In this document: in pieces, positions 1 through 8,633 of the stretch
How positions within the stretch are numbered: the stretch's first letter is position 1
How the letters are laid out: every line of letters begins with the position of its first letter
Source: an uncultured virus (IMG/VR IMGVR_UViG_3300037517_002797)
Lineage: Duplodnaviria > Heunggongvirae > Uroviricota > Caudoviricetes
Length of the DNA stretch: 23,993 nt
Strand: one strand, 5' to 3'
IMG/VR virus record: IMGVR_UViG_3300037517_002797
Program-made: the position numbers and the translations under genes
The notes under the pieces: generated by a model
Told to the model about the DNA's origin: nothing
The model's input: only the letters and a program-made list of their open reading frames with translations
Database searches by the model: none

Positions 1-1245
1 CTTACCTTCGCCCGGAATCCACGAACACATTTGGGATTCAAGGTCGGCTAGGTAGTTGATGTGATGAATACGTCCTTGCTCGTAGGCCAATGTAACTGGT
101 TCTGCCCGCAACGCTTTACCGTATTTTGAATGGACTTCAAGGACTTTAATGTGAGGATCAATTGCGTTGATTGCATTACGAACGAGTGCGCCACCTTGGT
201 TAACTTCAGCAACGACTGGACAACCATACTTACGTGCCATCGCAACAACCGCATTTGCCCAGACTTCTGGCGAACCATGAATTGTTGCGTCTTCCATTAC
301 CCATGCTTGACGTTTATACAAATCGTGATCTGCAGTTGATGCGCATACAACGATCCCGCATTCGTCACGTGGGTTCTCTGCGACTGACGGGTCAACGCCG
401 ACTACACGAAGTGGCGCGCCTACTGGAAATACGTCTTGCCTGCTTTTTTCAATCAATTCAATTGTCCAAAGCGCACCTTCAACGTCGCTCAACATTTCGC
501 CATAAAGTTCTTGCGCGGCCAGACGAGTACCCGCATATACGCCTGTGATTGCGTCAAGATAGGTTTCAGATAGGTTACCCGCATTGTCCATCGTTGAACC
601 TTTTGAAATAACGACACGACCAGTCTTTTCAGCTTCATTGATTAGTGCGTACAAAACAGGAACTCTTTTTGGGGTTGTTGTGCAAATGATCTGTGGCGAG
701 CTGCCAAGTCGCGTTCCCACTCGTAAGTTATCCCATGACGTCATGCCCGCAGCGTCGGGCGACTGACGCCACGCAGCGATTTCATCTGCCCAAGCATAGT
801 GGAATTGAGGACCGCGTAAACCATCTGGTTCATCGGCAGTAAAACATGTAGCCGTATTACCATTTGGCCATGTTAGTCGGCGCTTTGATGGTTCGTACAG
901 TGGTCGTTCGCTTGGAGGTGACACGTTGATGATACCTGACTCACCTTCAACGATAACGTCACGCACGTCAGCTGCAGTACGTGCAACAAGCGCGAACCGC
1001 AATTGACCTTTGTCAGTTCGCTTTGCCATATCGCGTACCCACTCAGCGGCTGCACGTGTCTTGCCAGCACCACGACCAGCTAGGTACATCCATATCGCCC
1101 AATCATCACCCGCAGGCGGTAACTGTTCTGGCCGAGCCCACGCTTTCCAGTCCCATATCAACTGTTCCATGTCAAGACCTTCAAGCACGGCACGTTGTTG
1201 ATCAACTGGAAGCAGTGCAATCTGCTCCATTACGCTTTTACCCAT
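1..1245 (-). CDS. terL: Terminase large subunit (3' end outside window)
   Basis: Manual translation: MGKSVMEQIALLPVD...WDWKAWARPEQLPPAGDDWAIWMYLAGRGAGKTRAAAEWV (Walker A GRGAGKT) ... LESQMCSWIPGEGK at the edge. In frame to base 1 with no stop in window, hence missing from the ORF track. Confidence 0.95.
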   Translation of the reverse strand, partial: MGKSVMEQIALLPVDQQRAVLEGLDMEQLIWDWKAWARPEQLPPAGDDWAIWMYLAGRGAGKTRAAAEWVRDMAKRTDKGQLRFALVARTAADVRDVIVEGESGIINVSPPSERPLYEPSKRRLTWPNGNTATCFTADEPDGLRGPQFHYAWADEIAAWRQSPDAAGMTSWDNLRVGTRLGSSPQIICTTTPKRVPVLYALINEAEKTGRVVISKGSTMDNAGNLSETYLDAITGVYAGTRLAAQELYGEMLSDVEGALWTIELIEKSRQDVFPVGAPLRVVGVDPSVAENPRDECGIVVCASTADHDLYKRQAWVMEDATIHGSPEVWANAVVAMARKYGCPVVAEVNQGGALVRNAINAIDPHIKVLEVHSKYGKALRAEPVTLAYEQGRIHHINYLADLESQMCSWIPGEGK

Positions 1246-1280
1246 GCGCTAATTGTATACCGCGTTAGACGCAGTGTGGG

Positions 1281-1442
1281 TTAATCGTTGTCCCACGCCT
1301 CGTATTCGTCATCGCCCATCAGGTTACGCAAATATCTTTCATTACTATCCGCGTCACGCTTTGCGATACGACGTAGTTCACGTTGGTCGTCCTCAACCGT
1401 GGTTGGACCACCTTCAAGTCTTAGGTATTCTGGTTCATTCAT
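1281..1442 (-). CDS. Hypothetical protein, 53 aa (MNEPEYLRLEGG...EAWDND)
   Basis: Manual translation; follows promoter motif at ~1471-1495 and a GAGG SD. Confidence 0.7.
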   Translation of the reverse strand: MNEPEYLRLEGGPTTVEDDQRELRRIAKRDADSNERYLRNLMGDDEYEAWDND

Positions 1443-1497
1443 GTATTGCCTCGTGCTTACTTATGTTGGTGAGTACATTGTATCGTCTTGAGTTTCA

Positions 1498-1653
1498 TTA
1501 ACGAACCGCAAGCGATGATTCTTCGTACCTTTCACGAGCGACCTTTTCAATCAATACTTGGTCATGGTATTGACCGCGTTCAACTAAACCATGATACGCG
1601 CTTTCGCATAACCGCTTACGTGTATCCTCGTCAAGGTCTTCCCAACGCTTCAT
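1498..1653 (-). CDS. Hypothetical protein, 51 aa (MKRWEDLDEDTRKRLCE...)
   Basis: Manual translation; AAGGAG SD upstream. Confidence 0.7.
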   Translation of the reverse strand: MKRWEDLDEDTRKRLCESAYHGLVERGQYHDQVLIEKVARERYEESSLAVR

Positions 1654-1666
1654 GCGTCTCCTTTAT

Positions 1667-1936
1667 TTATGGATTACTTGGTAGAAATAGTTGCTGCCCT
1701 GGATAGATCTCTGTGAAACCGTACTCTTGAACCAGGTCGTCAACCGCGTTGACTACGTTACCTGAACAATTTGCGTGGGCTATTTCCCACATTGTGTCGC
1801 CTTCTTGGACGATCACTGGCTTGGTATTGCAGACGTACGCATTGAATTGATTGTTCATGCTATTCCAAATAGCAAATGCAGCTGCGATTACCGCAATGAA
1901 TACCGCATACATCACTTTTTCAAGTACCTTTGTCAT
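1667..1936 (-). CDS. Membrane-anchored LysM domain protein
   Basis: N-terminal hydrophobic helix; VIVQEGDTMWEIA...IYPGQQLFLP is a LysM signature. Confidence 0.88.
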   Translation of the reverse strand: MTKVLEKVMYAVFIAVIAAAFAIWNSMNNQFNAYVCNTKPVIVQEGDTMWEIAHANCSGNVVNAVDDLVQEYGFTEIYPGQQLFLPSNP

Positions 1937-1978
1937 TTCATCTCCTGTCGTAATCCGCCTGAGTTAATTGTACAATCC

Positions 1979-2602
1979 TTAGTTCGTACTTGCCTTCGTC
2001 TTTTTGCGTATGGCTGGCCTTACTGTCTGGTGCAGTACATGGAACGGTGCTCCTGATCCAGCATCAAGCTTACCCGCAATATGAAGTGCTTCACGTACGA
2101 GCTTTTGAGTATCCGCAAGGCTCAATTCGTTGAGTGCGTCTCCCCACTTTGCGTACATCGCCGCGAGTGCGTAGTCACCACCTGAACCGAACGAGTAGAT
2201 ACCTGTGGTGTCACGAACCCATGCGTAGTCTTCTCCGATTTCATAGATCTGACCATTGATCATCGCAAGAACGGTAGAACCATGAACCGCTTGCTCCTTC
2301 TGCTCTTTTGCGACGTAGCCATGATCTTCAAAGCATTGACGAAGCGCTGGTATGAACTTACTTGTCATGAACCTGTCTAAACGGATCCCTGTCAAGTCAC
2401 CCGCGCTAGGAGGTGAGAATGCGTAGGCAAGAATGTTAATTGCCCGCACGTCGCCTGCTGCACCAAGAAGGTACTGACCATTTTTCATTACCTTCGCTGA
2501 ACCACGACCAAGTGTGTACGAACGTCCACCTTCTTCGGTAACCTTTGAGTCAAACCCTACGACCGCCCATGTTGGACCTTGAACCGCGATGATAGTCGTC
2601 AT
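1979..2602 (-). CDS. Proteasome beta/HslV-like N-terminal-threonine peptidase
   Basis: MTTIIAV start, DS..T, K, GAAGD and GSGGDYALAAM motifs typical of the Ntn-hydrolase proteasome-subunit fold. Confidence 0.85.
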   Translation of the reverse strand: MTTIIAVQGPTWAVVGFDSKVTEEGGRSYTLGRGSAKVMKNGQYLLGAAGDVRAINILAYAFSPPSAGDLTGIRLDRFMTSKFIPALRQCFEDHGYVAKEQKEQAVHGSTVLAMINGQIYEIGEDYAWVRDTTGIYSFGSGGDYALAAMYAKWGDALNELSLADTQKLVREALHIAGKLDAGSGAPFHVLHQTVRPAIRKKTKASTN

Positions 2603-2646
2603 TGTCTACACGATACCAGGTAGCGCCTGTTACCGCGTGACAATAC

Positions 2647-2847
2647 TTAGATGTTCCAACCGCTTGCGACGATGCCGTGGATATCTTTGAGCGCACGGAT
2701 ATCTACAGAAACCGACAGCTCGAAGTCGGCTAGGTGTTTTGCGAGCTCTTCAAGCTCTTCTTTACGAGTTTGGATTTCGTATCCAAGAACCGCAATACGA
2801 GCTTGAACTGACTCAAGATCTTTAGTGTGCTTCTTCTTGATTGCCAT
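2647..2847 (-). CDS. Hypothetical coiled-coil protein
   Basis: ORF track; start moved to the ATG after GAAAGGA. Confidence 0.7.
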   Translation of the reverse strand: MAIKKKHTKDLESVQARIAVLGYEIQTRKEELEELAKHLADFELSVSVDIRALKDIHGIVASGWNI

Positions 2848-2898
2848 GATTGATCCTTTCATGATCGGATGTACGAGACTACTTTACAGTCCTGAGAT

Positions 2899-3138
2899 CT
2901 AATTTCTGTTAGGCGTGTTGTGGTCCCAGAAGTCTTCTGGGTACGTGACTCCACATGAACCGCATTCAAATACGCCTGGCTTTACAGGCTTAGTACAACC
3001 GCGGCATGAGATCGGCCTTAGTGGAAGATCTGCATGCCGACGGTAGCGTACATCGTGGTTGCGCATAACATGAATCATATGCTGCGTGATCGTCTCAAAG
3101 AGATCGTCACAGAACATGCACTCATGCTTGGCTGCCAT
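2899..3138 (-). CDS. Zinc-finger protein (C2H2 plus CxxC-CxxC)
   Basis: CMFC...HVMRNH and CRGC...CGSC. Confidence 0.75.
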   Translation of the reverse strand: MAAKHECMFCDDLFETITQHMIHVMRNHDVRYRRHADLPLRPISCRGCTKPVKPGVFECGSCGVTYPEDFWDHNTPNRN

Positions 3139-3141
3139 TAC

Positions 3142-3513
3142 TTACCCGCGGACTCGTGAAGTGTACTGATCCGCATACCAGTCTTGATATTCCTGGTCTG
3201 CGACATCGCACATGATGCCCCATACTTGTCCAGCTGCTCGAGCGAATGTCTTACCGCGTACTGCGTATAGCTCGTCCTTGAAGTTTGCGTACTCAATGGC
3301 GTCAACCATGACATTCATGAAGTCTTGGAGCATTTCTTTTGTCACGTACACACGATACTGGTAGTCCCGCATAGGCGTGAACTCAATTTCTGCGCCTGAC
3401 ATTTCTTGAAGAGTCTCAAGTGACTTTCTGTCTCGAGCACGAACTGCTAGATGACCTGGCTTGGCCTTGTTGTCTACCGCGCTAATAAATCCATCTGGGG
3501 TGAACACCCACAT
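3142..3513 (-). CDS. Conserved hypothetical phage protein (MWVFT...VRAR...DYxYR type)
   Basis: ORF track; AAGGAG SD. Confidence 0.8.
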   Translation of the reverse strand: MWVFTPDGFISAVDNKAKPGHLAVRARDRKSLETLQEMSGAEIEFTPMRDYQYRVYVTKEMLQDFMNVMVDAIEYANFKDELYAVRGKTFARAAGQVWGIMCDVADQEYQDWYADQYTSRVRG

Positions 3514-3566
3514 ACTTTTCTCCTTGTCGTTTTGTCGTTGGGTGCGAACCTATTTATTTGATGTAA

Positions 3567-3755
3567 CTACTTCTCGATGAGGCTTTCCTGTACATCAGCA
3601 GGATCAACTTCTTCAACCTCAACAATGCCGTACTCTTCGTTCAGCATTCTTACAAATTCACGTCGCTTTTTATCACCGCGAACGTGAACTTCCATCGGAG
3701 TTCCGTCACGCATAACCGTACTTATTTTATAGACCTTCTGGTCATCGTGTTCCAT
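3567..3755 (-). CDS. Hypothetical protein
   Basis: ORF track; promoter motif and GAAGGAG SD upstream. Confidence 0.75.
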   Translation of the reverse strand: MEHDDQKVYKISTVMRDGTPMEVHVRGDKKRREFVRMLNEEYGIVEVEEVDPADVQESLIEK

Positions 3756-3797
3756 GCGCTTAACTCCTTCTTGTGTAACTATACATTCCCTAGAATT

Positions 3798-3965
3798 CTA
3801 TGATTTCTGAGCTAAGACCGCAAAGATAAGGCCAAGAACCCCAAAGCCTGCGATCAACTCGAAGCTGCCGCCTAATACCGCGGTGGCCAGGGCGACGATC
3901 CCTGAAACCACCGCGAGTACGGCAGTCCATACGAGGTTTCGCAATTGCGAGAACCAAGTAGGCAT
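3798..3965 (-). CDS. Small two-TM membrane protein, 55 aa (MPTWFSQLRNLVWTAVLAVV...)
   Basis: Manual translation; two hydrophobic stretches; starts 1 nt after the HTH gene stop. Confidence 0.75.
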   Translation of the reverse strand: MPTWFSQLRNLVWTAVLAVVSGIVALATAVLGGSFELIAGFGVLGLIFAVLAQKS

Positions 3966-3966
3966 G

Positions 3967-4155
3967 TTAGGCGCGCTCTGCCTTACGGGTACGACCCTTG
4001 AGGCGATCAGATGCGTTACGGATTGGGGTACCGCTTGCGCCGATGAGCTTGCGAACTTGTGCGTACGTCATGCTGTACTCTCGTGCAACTTCAATGACGC
4101 TCTGGCCTGATGCGTACAGTTCACCCGCACGCTGGGCTGTCAATTCGGTGGACAT
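3967..4155 (-). CDS. Helix-turn-helix DNA-binding protein (in-frame extension to TTG 4281 possible)
   Basis: ELYASGQSVIEVAREYSMTYAQVRKLI...GTPIR; GAAGGAG SD precedes both 4155 and 4281. Confidence 0.82.
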   Translation of the reverse strand: MSTELTAQRAGELYASGQSVIEVAREYSMTYAQVRKLIGASGTPIRNASDRLKGRTRKAERA

Positions 4156-4341
4156 AATTGTGCTCCTTCGTTGTGTACTTGCTGTTTTGATTGTGTCTAT
4201 GTCTTCTGCGATAAGTTGCAGAGTTAACCGCGACGTTGCAATAAGCGCAGCCGCTTCGTTGAGTAGTTTATCGTTACTCAAGATCTGTTCTCCTTCGTCA
4301 TTGGTGAGTACTATACCACTTACTTTTTAGAATTTTGTGAT

Positions 4342-4479
4342 CTACTCAAACATTTCTTTTTTTGGCTTTACAACGCCAAGTAGCGTCGTCGGTGCCTTTC
4401 GTTTCCTGTTGCGATCCCAGTAGACGTAGCCGTACCCTGCAGTAATGACCGCAAATACCAAAGCTGTAAGTCTTTTCAT
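4342..4479 (-). CDS. Small membrane protein, 45 aa (MKRLTALVFAVITAGYGYVYW...)
   Basis: Manual translation; ATGA overlap with the upstream gene. Confidence 0.65.
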   Translation of the reverse strand: MKRLTALVFAVITAGYGYVYWDRNRKRKAPTTLLGVVKPKKEMFE

Positions 4480-4631
4480 TTCTTGACCTGCTCCATTGAC
4501 ACAACCTTACTCGTGTGCTTTGCTGGATTTTGGCATGTCGGTGGCTCTGAAACATTGACGTAAACCGTGACCTTATTACCGCAATCTGGACACTTCCATA
4601 TAAACTTATTTTTTGGCTCTCGTTCGCTCAT
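4476..4631 (-). CDS. Zinc-ribbon protein
   Basis: WKCPDCG...PPTCQNPAKH; GAAGGA SD before ATG 4631. Confidence 0.75.
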   Translation of the reverse strand: MSEREPKNKFIWKCPDCGNKVTVYVNVSEPPTCQNPAKHTSKVVSMEQVKK

Positions 4632-4688
4632 GATAGTCCTTCTACTTTTGAGGAATGACACTATATACTATGGCACGAGGTAACCGCG

Positions 4689-4943
4689 TCATTTCGCAAG
4701 ACCTGCCTTTTTGGCGATCCGCTTGACCTTGCGACGTTCGTTTGCTGTGAGTCCTCCCCACACTCCTTCTTCGTTATTGCGTAGCGCGTAGTCCAAGCAC
4801 TCCTGCTTTACCGCGCACTTGTCGCAAATCTTCTTCGCTCTGTTGACAACTGTCCGCATGCGATCTTCAAAGAACAAATCGCCATGTCCGATACACGCTG
4901 CCTGTGCTCGCCAAATTCCAATGTCAACTATCCGTACTGTCAT
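4689..4943 (-). CDS. whiB: WhiB family Fe-S transcription factor
   Basis: WRAQAAC...LFF...AKKICDKCAVKQECLDYAL...GVWGGLTANER: four Cys plus GVWGG; GGAGG SD. Confidence 0.95.
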   Translation of the reverse strand: MTVRIVDIGIWRAQAACIGHGDLFFEDRMRTVVNRAKKICDKCAVKQECLDYALRNNEEGVWGGLTANERRKVKRIAKKAGLAK

Positions 4944-4988
4944 TTCGCCTCCCATGTATATTACTGTCTTGAGTTTGATCTACTTATG

Positions 4989-5050
4989 AGCTGCCAGCCT
5001 GGGACGACCCGCATCGCGGTACAAGGTTATCGTCCCGGCTAGCAGCATTC
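4989..5050 (-). terminator. Intergenic hairpin, possible terminator
   Basis: gctgccagcctgggacga...tcgtcccggctagcagc imperfect inverted repeat. Confidence 0.5.
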
Positions 5051-5062
5051 GCATGGGTGCGA

Positions 5063-5578
5063 TCAACAAATGCTGAAGCCGCCGCTGTCTTTCAAGAAGT
5101 CAGCAAACGCTCTAACATTTTCTACATCAAACGGATAATTGGTGTCAAAAGGGTTGACTTCACCTTCGCCATTGCACCCATTGCACCAGCCGTAATCACG
5201 ACCAACAACTACCGCAACTGCTTCATCGAGCTTTCGCTCTGGCATACCCATGTCTTGACCAACCGCATCTGTCCTGACGCCTGTGCCTTCGCAGTACTTG
5301 CATTGTTCACGAGGTTGGCTTGCAATCAAATTGCGGTACATCGCTTCATATATTGCAGTGCGACCGCTTGCGAGCTCGTTGTACAGTATGACTGATAGAT
5401 CATCTGCGCCTTCAGCACCAAGTCCATCGCCTCCATTGCTGTGGCCATCAACACCCGCAACAAGATCTTCTGCAACTATAGTGCAGTATTCCCACAGCGG
5501 ACGCCAGTACCAAACATTGTTGCGAAAGTACTCGCCACTTTTAGATTTTGGCTCTTTGCCAAATACATCCATACCCAT
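5063..5578 (-). CDS. Hypothetical protein with DnaJ-type CxxCxGxG zinc motifs
   Basis: CKYCEGTG and CNGCNGEG; start MGMDVFG after AAAGGAC SD. Confidence 0.8.
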   Translation of the reverse strand: MGMDVFGKEPKSKSGEYFRNNVWYWRPLWEYCTIVAEDLVAGVDGHSNGGDGLGAEGADDLSVILYNELASGRTAIYEAMYRNLIASQPREQCKYCEGTGVRTDAVGQDMGMPERKLDEAVAVVVGRDYGWCNGCNGEGEVNPFDTNYPFDVENVRAFADFLKDSGGFSIC

Positions 5579-5640
5579 GCTTGTGTCCTTTGTCATTTGA
5601 AGCAGGCCACCTGTTGACCCGCGCCATTATCTTACTTTCC

Positions 5641-5862
5641 TTAGAAATTACCTGAAGCCGGGTGATTTCTCTTTGACCGCAACATATCTATGTCGTCACG
5701 GCCGACCTGAACAGTGTCCATTAGGTTAGCCCACGCCAATTCTCTGCGAAGACCGCGCTCCACTGCTGTTAGTGCTTCATGAGACGCGCTGTAGCTCGCT
5801 GTAGCGAGGCAGAGTGCCATAAAGGCTTGGACTACCGCAACGAGTGCTAGAAACGTAATCAC
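5641..5862 (-). CDS. Hypothetical membrane-anchored protein
   Basis: ORF track; GTGA overlap with upstream ORF; C-terminal RNHPAS. Confidence 0.7.
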   Translation of the reverse strand: MITFLALVAVVQAFMALCLATASYSASHEALTAVERGLRRELAWANLMDTVQVGRDDIDMLRSKRNHPASGNF

Positions 5863-5960
5863 TTACGTCCCCTGGTCATTGAGATTCCCGCAATCAAAAA
5901 TACTGCAATCGCCCAGGCTACCGCACTAATTGAATTGTATAAGTCAATATGAATTTCCAT
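5859..5960 (-). CDS. Small membrane peptide, 33 aa (MEIHIDLYNSISAVAWAIAVFLIAG...)
   Basis: Manual translation; AAGGAG SD. Confidence 0.6.
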   Translation of the reverse strand: MEIHIDLYNSISAVAWAIAVFLIAGISMTRGRK

Positions 5961-6087
5961 GATCTCTCCTTGTTGTTGTTGTGAATTACATAATACTTGG
6001 TGGTCTGGCCAATTTTGTGACTAACCACCGCGTCTGGATCTAATATACTTTCCTTAGAAAGTACTCCAGCTTACCCGCAAACCCTTA

Positions 6088-6195
6088 TTACGCCTCGCAA
6101 TCGTGTCCGTAGGCTGCTTCAGCTGCATCTTGCTCGCTGGTTAGATCAAACACTCGCCCGCATTCAACGCACTGGGTCATTGTCTGCATTTCCAT
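6088..6195 (-). CDS. Small zinc-binding protein, 35 aa (CVECGRVFDL...YGHDCEA)
   Basis: Manual translation; promoter motif plus GAGGAG SD. Confidence 0.7.
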   Translation of the reverse strand: MEMQTMTQCVECGRVFDLTSEQDAAEAAYGHDCEA

Positions 6196-6256
6196 GCTCT
6201 GTCTCCTCTTGTTGTTGGTATAGACATAATACTTTCTTGAGTTCTGGGCCTAGCCC

Positions 6257-6406
6257 CTATCGCCCGGATACCCGGACGATAAGGGTTTGGCGCGCTTGTG
6301 GCGCTTGGTTGGCCCAGTACTGATTACACTTCGTCTTGCTCCCACCGAAGACGATGAGTTTTCGCGACTGATCGTAGACTTCGTGTGCTCTGGTTGATGG
6401 CTTCAT
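6257..6406 (-). CDS. Hypothetical protein, 49 aa; paralog of 12001-12159
   Basis: KPSTRAHEVYD...CN.[YF]W..QAPQ.RQ.L.VRV shared; motif plus SD upstream. Confidence 0.8.
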   Translation of the reverse strand: MKPSTRAHEVYDQSRKLIVFGGSKTKCNQYWANQAPQARQTLIVRVSGR

Positions 6407-6470
6407 GATTTGGTCCCTTCGTCGTGGTGATGAGATCATTATAAAGTCCTGAGTTCTTACAACTAACCCA

Positions 6471-6689
6471 CTACTCCCACAGACCAGTCTTGCGGTTTCC
6501 CACCAATGGGTACTCAAAGTTAAGGTACCCCACTTCAAAGTCACCCGCAAAGCGATTGGTTGAGATGACTGTCGTCATATCAATACCGCAACGCTTGAGG
6601 TCATTGAAGAATGATGAGACAAGATGTGAGTACATCACTCGCTGACGGATCATTTGTCCATCGTGAAACTGAACGATGCTCTTGTTCAT
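6471..6689 (-). CDS. Hypothetical protein
   Basis: ORF track; motif plus GAAAGGAC SD. Confidence 0.75.
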   Translation of the reverse strand: MNKSIVQFHDGQMIRQRVMYSHLVSSFFNDLKRCGIDMTTVISTNRFAGDFEVGYLNFEYPLVGNRKTGLWE

Positions 6690-6781
6690 TGCGTTGTCCT
6701 TTCGTTAGGTTGACGAGACCATTGTACGATCCTGAGTTTGCCAGCCAGCCCGCATAAGCAGGCCAGCCGGCAACTCGTTAC

Positions 6782-7003
6782 TTAGTTGAATTGCTTGGTA
6801 ACCGGGTTGAATTCAAATGGATCGTACTCGTTTGCCGACTTGCTTGGCATCAAACCAGTCAATGTCCATTCAAATGACTCTTTGCTCTCACGAAGTACTT
6901 CGGCAAGCTCTTGAACTTCTTCCCGCATGTCTGTGATCTTGCGGCTCAGTTCGTAGATACGTGCCTCGGCGGCCTTCGGGTTGTTTGCGTACTTCTTTTT
7001 CAT
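6782..7003 (-). CDS. Hypothetical coiled-coil protein
   Basis: ORF track; motif plus GAAAGGAC SD. Confidence 0.75.
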   Translation of the reverse strand: MKKKYANNPKAAEARIYELSRKITDMREEVQELAEVLRESKESFEWTLTGLMPSKSANEYDPFEFNPVTKQFN

Positions 7004-7030
7004 GTTGTCCTTTCGGTTAGGTTGACGATG

Positions 7031-7396
7031 CTACTTTACTGTCTCGAGAACGCTTCCCGCAGCTGCCTCAATGAACTCTTTCAGCACTTGAATGTGCTCA
7101 TCGCTAAGTCCCTGCGTCTCGCCATCCGCATCTGGTGTCCCAGTCAATACAACCGTACCTACGATGTAGTCGGTTTCTTGGCCAAATGACATGTCCCAAA
7201 AGACTTGAGCAATTGGATTGTGCTCGAGTCTAATCATCTTGCCTTCTTCGTTGACCCAAAGCGAGAGGATGTTGCTGAGGTCAATTGCTTGTACCCAGCC
7301 TCCAACCGCAGTCTGCAACACGCTGAGCTCGTCAGGCTTTGAGAAGTCAATTACTTCAACCTCGCCTGCCGGCGTAATCTTAATTCCTTGCTTCAC
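7031..7396 (-). CDS. DUF3846-like protein
   Basis: LSVLQTAVGGWVQ...WVNEEGK...LEHNPIA...DYIVGTVVLTG. Confidence 0.85.
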   Translation of the reverse strand: MKQGIKITPAGEVEVIDFSKPDELSVLQTAVGGWVQAIDLSNILSLWVNEEGKMIRLEHNPIAQVFWDMSFGQETDYIVGTVVLTGTPDADGETQGLSDEHIQVLKEFIEAAAGSVLETVK

Positions 7397-7444
7397 TTTG
7401 TCTCCTTTGTCGTTGGTGAGTTCATTATATGTTCCGAAGTTTTG

Positions 7445-7478
7445 TCAGGCGAGCGCGTGGGGGACGCGCGTCGCTGAC
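7445..7478 (-). terminator. Hairpin after the 7491 ORF
   Basis: gtcaggcgagcgcgt-gggg-acgcgcgtcgctgac. Confidence 0.5.
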
Positions 7479-7490
7479 GGATTGATCTGG

Positions 7491-7667
7491 TTATCTGGTA
7501 ATCGTGATGAGATTATAGACGTCGAAGTCGTCGTTTGAAATCGTCGCGATATCGTTGGTCGTTAGATCGTTCGCGAGAAAATATTCGTACGCGTCGTACG
7601 CGCAGGAATCGTTATCGAGATTGATCGTGTATTTTCCGGATGGAACGCTGATCGTGTAGGTTTTCAT
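7491..7667 (-). CDS. Leaderless hypothetical protein, 58 aa (MKTYTISVPSGKYTINLDND...)
   Basis: Manual translation; TATAAT-AATCTC-ATG. Confidence 0.72.
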   Translation of the reverse strand: MKTYTISVPSGKYTINLDNDSCAYDAYEYFLANDLTTNDIATISNDDFDVYNLITITR

Positions 7668-7726
7668 GAGATTATTATACGTTCCCTAGTTTTACCCGCA
7701 AGGGTTGGTAGGGTAGGGCTTGCGCC

Positions 7727-7924
7727 CTATCCCATGCGCCTCGCTTCGGCCATTGCCTCGGCATGGACCGCGCCGGAGCTCACTTCGCCTACCCACACCG
7801 CATACTCGCTCGAGTTCAGGGTTTCACGTGCTTCGGCGAGTTCGGCCTCTGTCGCATCCAATTCAAGCGTTGGTGGGTTGTCGCCGTGCTTTGCGAGGTA
7901 TCCCCATTCAATTACCACCATCAT
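7727..7924 (-). CDS. Hypothetical protein
   Basis: ORF track, start moved after GAAGGAG; a GCAA-loop hairpin overlaps the stop. Confidence 0.72.
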   Translation of the reverse strand: MMVVIEWGYLAKHGDNPPTLELDATEAELAEARETLNSSEYAVWVGEVSSGAVHAEAMAEARRMG

Positions 7925-8081
7925 TCTCTCCTTCGTCGTTGGTTGTGAGTACATATTACTGTCTCGAGTTTACTACCGCGCTAGGACGTGAGTTTGTTGA
8001 TGCGCGTGCGAAGACGTGCGGCGGCTAACTCGGGACTGTAAAATATAATCGTTATACCAACCCAATACGAAAGCGAAAAAC

Positions 8082-8324
8082 ATGGCACAATACTCCATCA
8101 GCATCGACTATAACGACGAACCATACGAAACCGGCCTAACGCTCGACGAACTAATCGCCCTCTACCTTCCAGCCGGCGTCAGCTTCGTTCGTTACGCCTG
8201 GCGTAACCCGCACCAGCCAAACGACGTCACGATTATCGTAAACGCGAACGACGAAACCGATCTAAACGAACTCTGCGATTACGCCGGCGTAAACGATCCC
8301 GACGAACTCGAGCGCGTTTTATAA
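8082..8324 (+). CDS. Hypothetical acidic protein in inverted cassette
   Basis: ORF track; plus-oriented motif AACTCGGGACTGTAAAAT at ~8027; terminator downstream. Confidence 0.8.
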   Translation: MAQYSISIDYNDEPYETGLTLDELIALYLPAGVSFVRYAWRNPHQPNDVTIIVNANDETDLNELCDYAGVNDPDELERVL

Positions 8325-8351
8325 CGCGAACGCGATCCTCAAACGAACTAA

Positions 8352-8381
8352 CCCGGGCGTCTTACAGCGTCCGGGCTTTTT
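8352..8381 (+). terminator. Intrinsic terminator
   Basis: cccgggcg-loop-cgtccggg followed by cttttt. Confidence 0.8.
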
Positions 8382-8429
8382 CGTGCGCATTTTCAGCTGC
8401 AAAAAACTAGGGTAAGTATAATAATAAAC

Positions 8430-8606
8430 ATGAAAACCTACACAACACTTACATATGTAAACCACCACGACGAAGTGCATTGCGTACAATGCGCAAGCAA
8501 CTCAACCGAATTCCTTATCCCCGCGCCTTACACGTACAACCCGCAAACCGACGCTTACGACCTATTTTGCCTCCTCTGCGACACGCAAATTCACGAAACC
8601 TTATAA
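8430..8606 (+). CDS. Leaderless zinc-finger protein, 58 aa (MKTYTTL...HCVQC...FCLLCDT)
   Basis: Manual translation; AACTAGGGTAAGTATAAT-7 nt-ATG; two CxxC. Confidence 0.75.
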   Translation: MKTYTTLTYVNHHDEVHCVQCASNSTEFLIPAPYTYNPQTDAYDLFCLLCDTQIHETL

Positions 8607-8633
8607 ACTTTACAAACCACGCAAACACGAACC

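Noticed and set aside
48..1268. Short ORF-track calls over the left end
   Set aside because: Shadows of the terminase frame 1-1245 on the minus strand.
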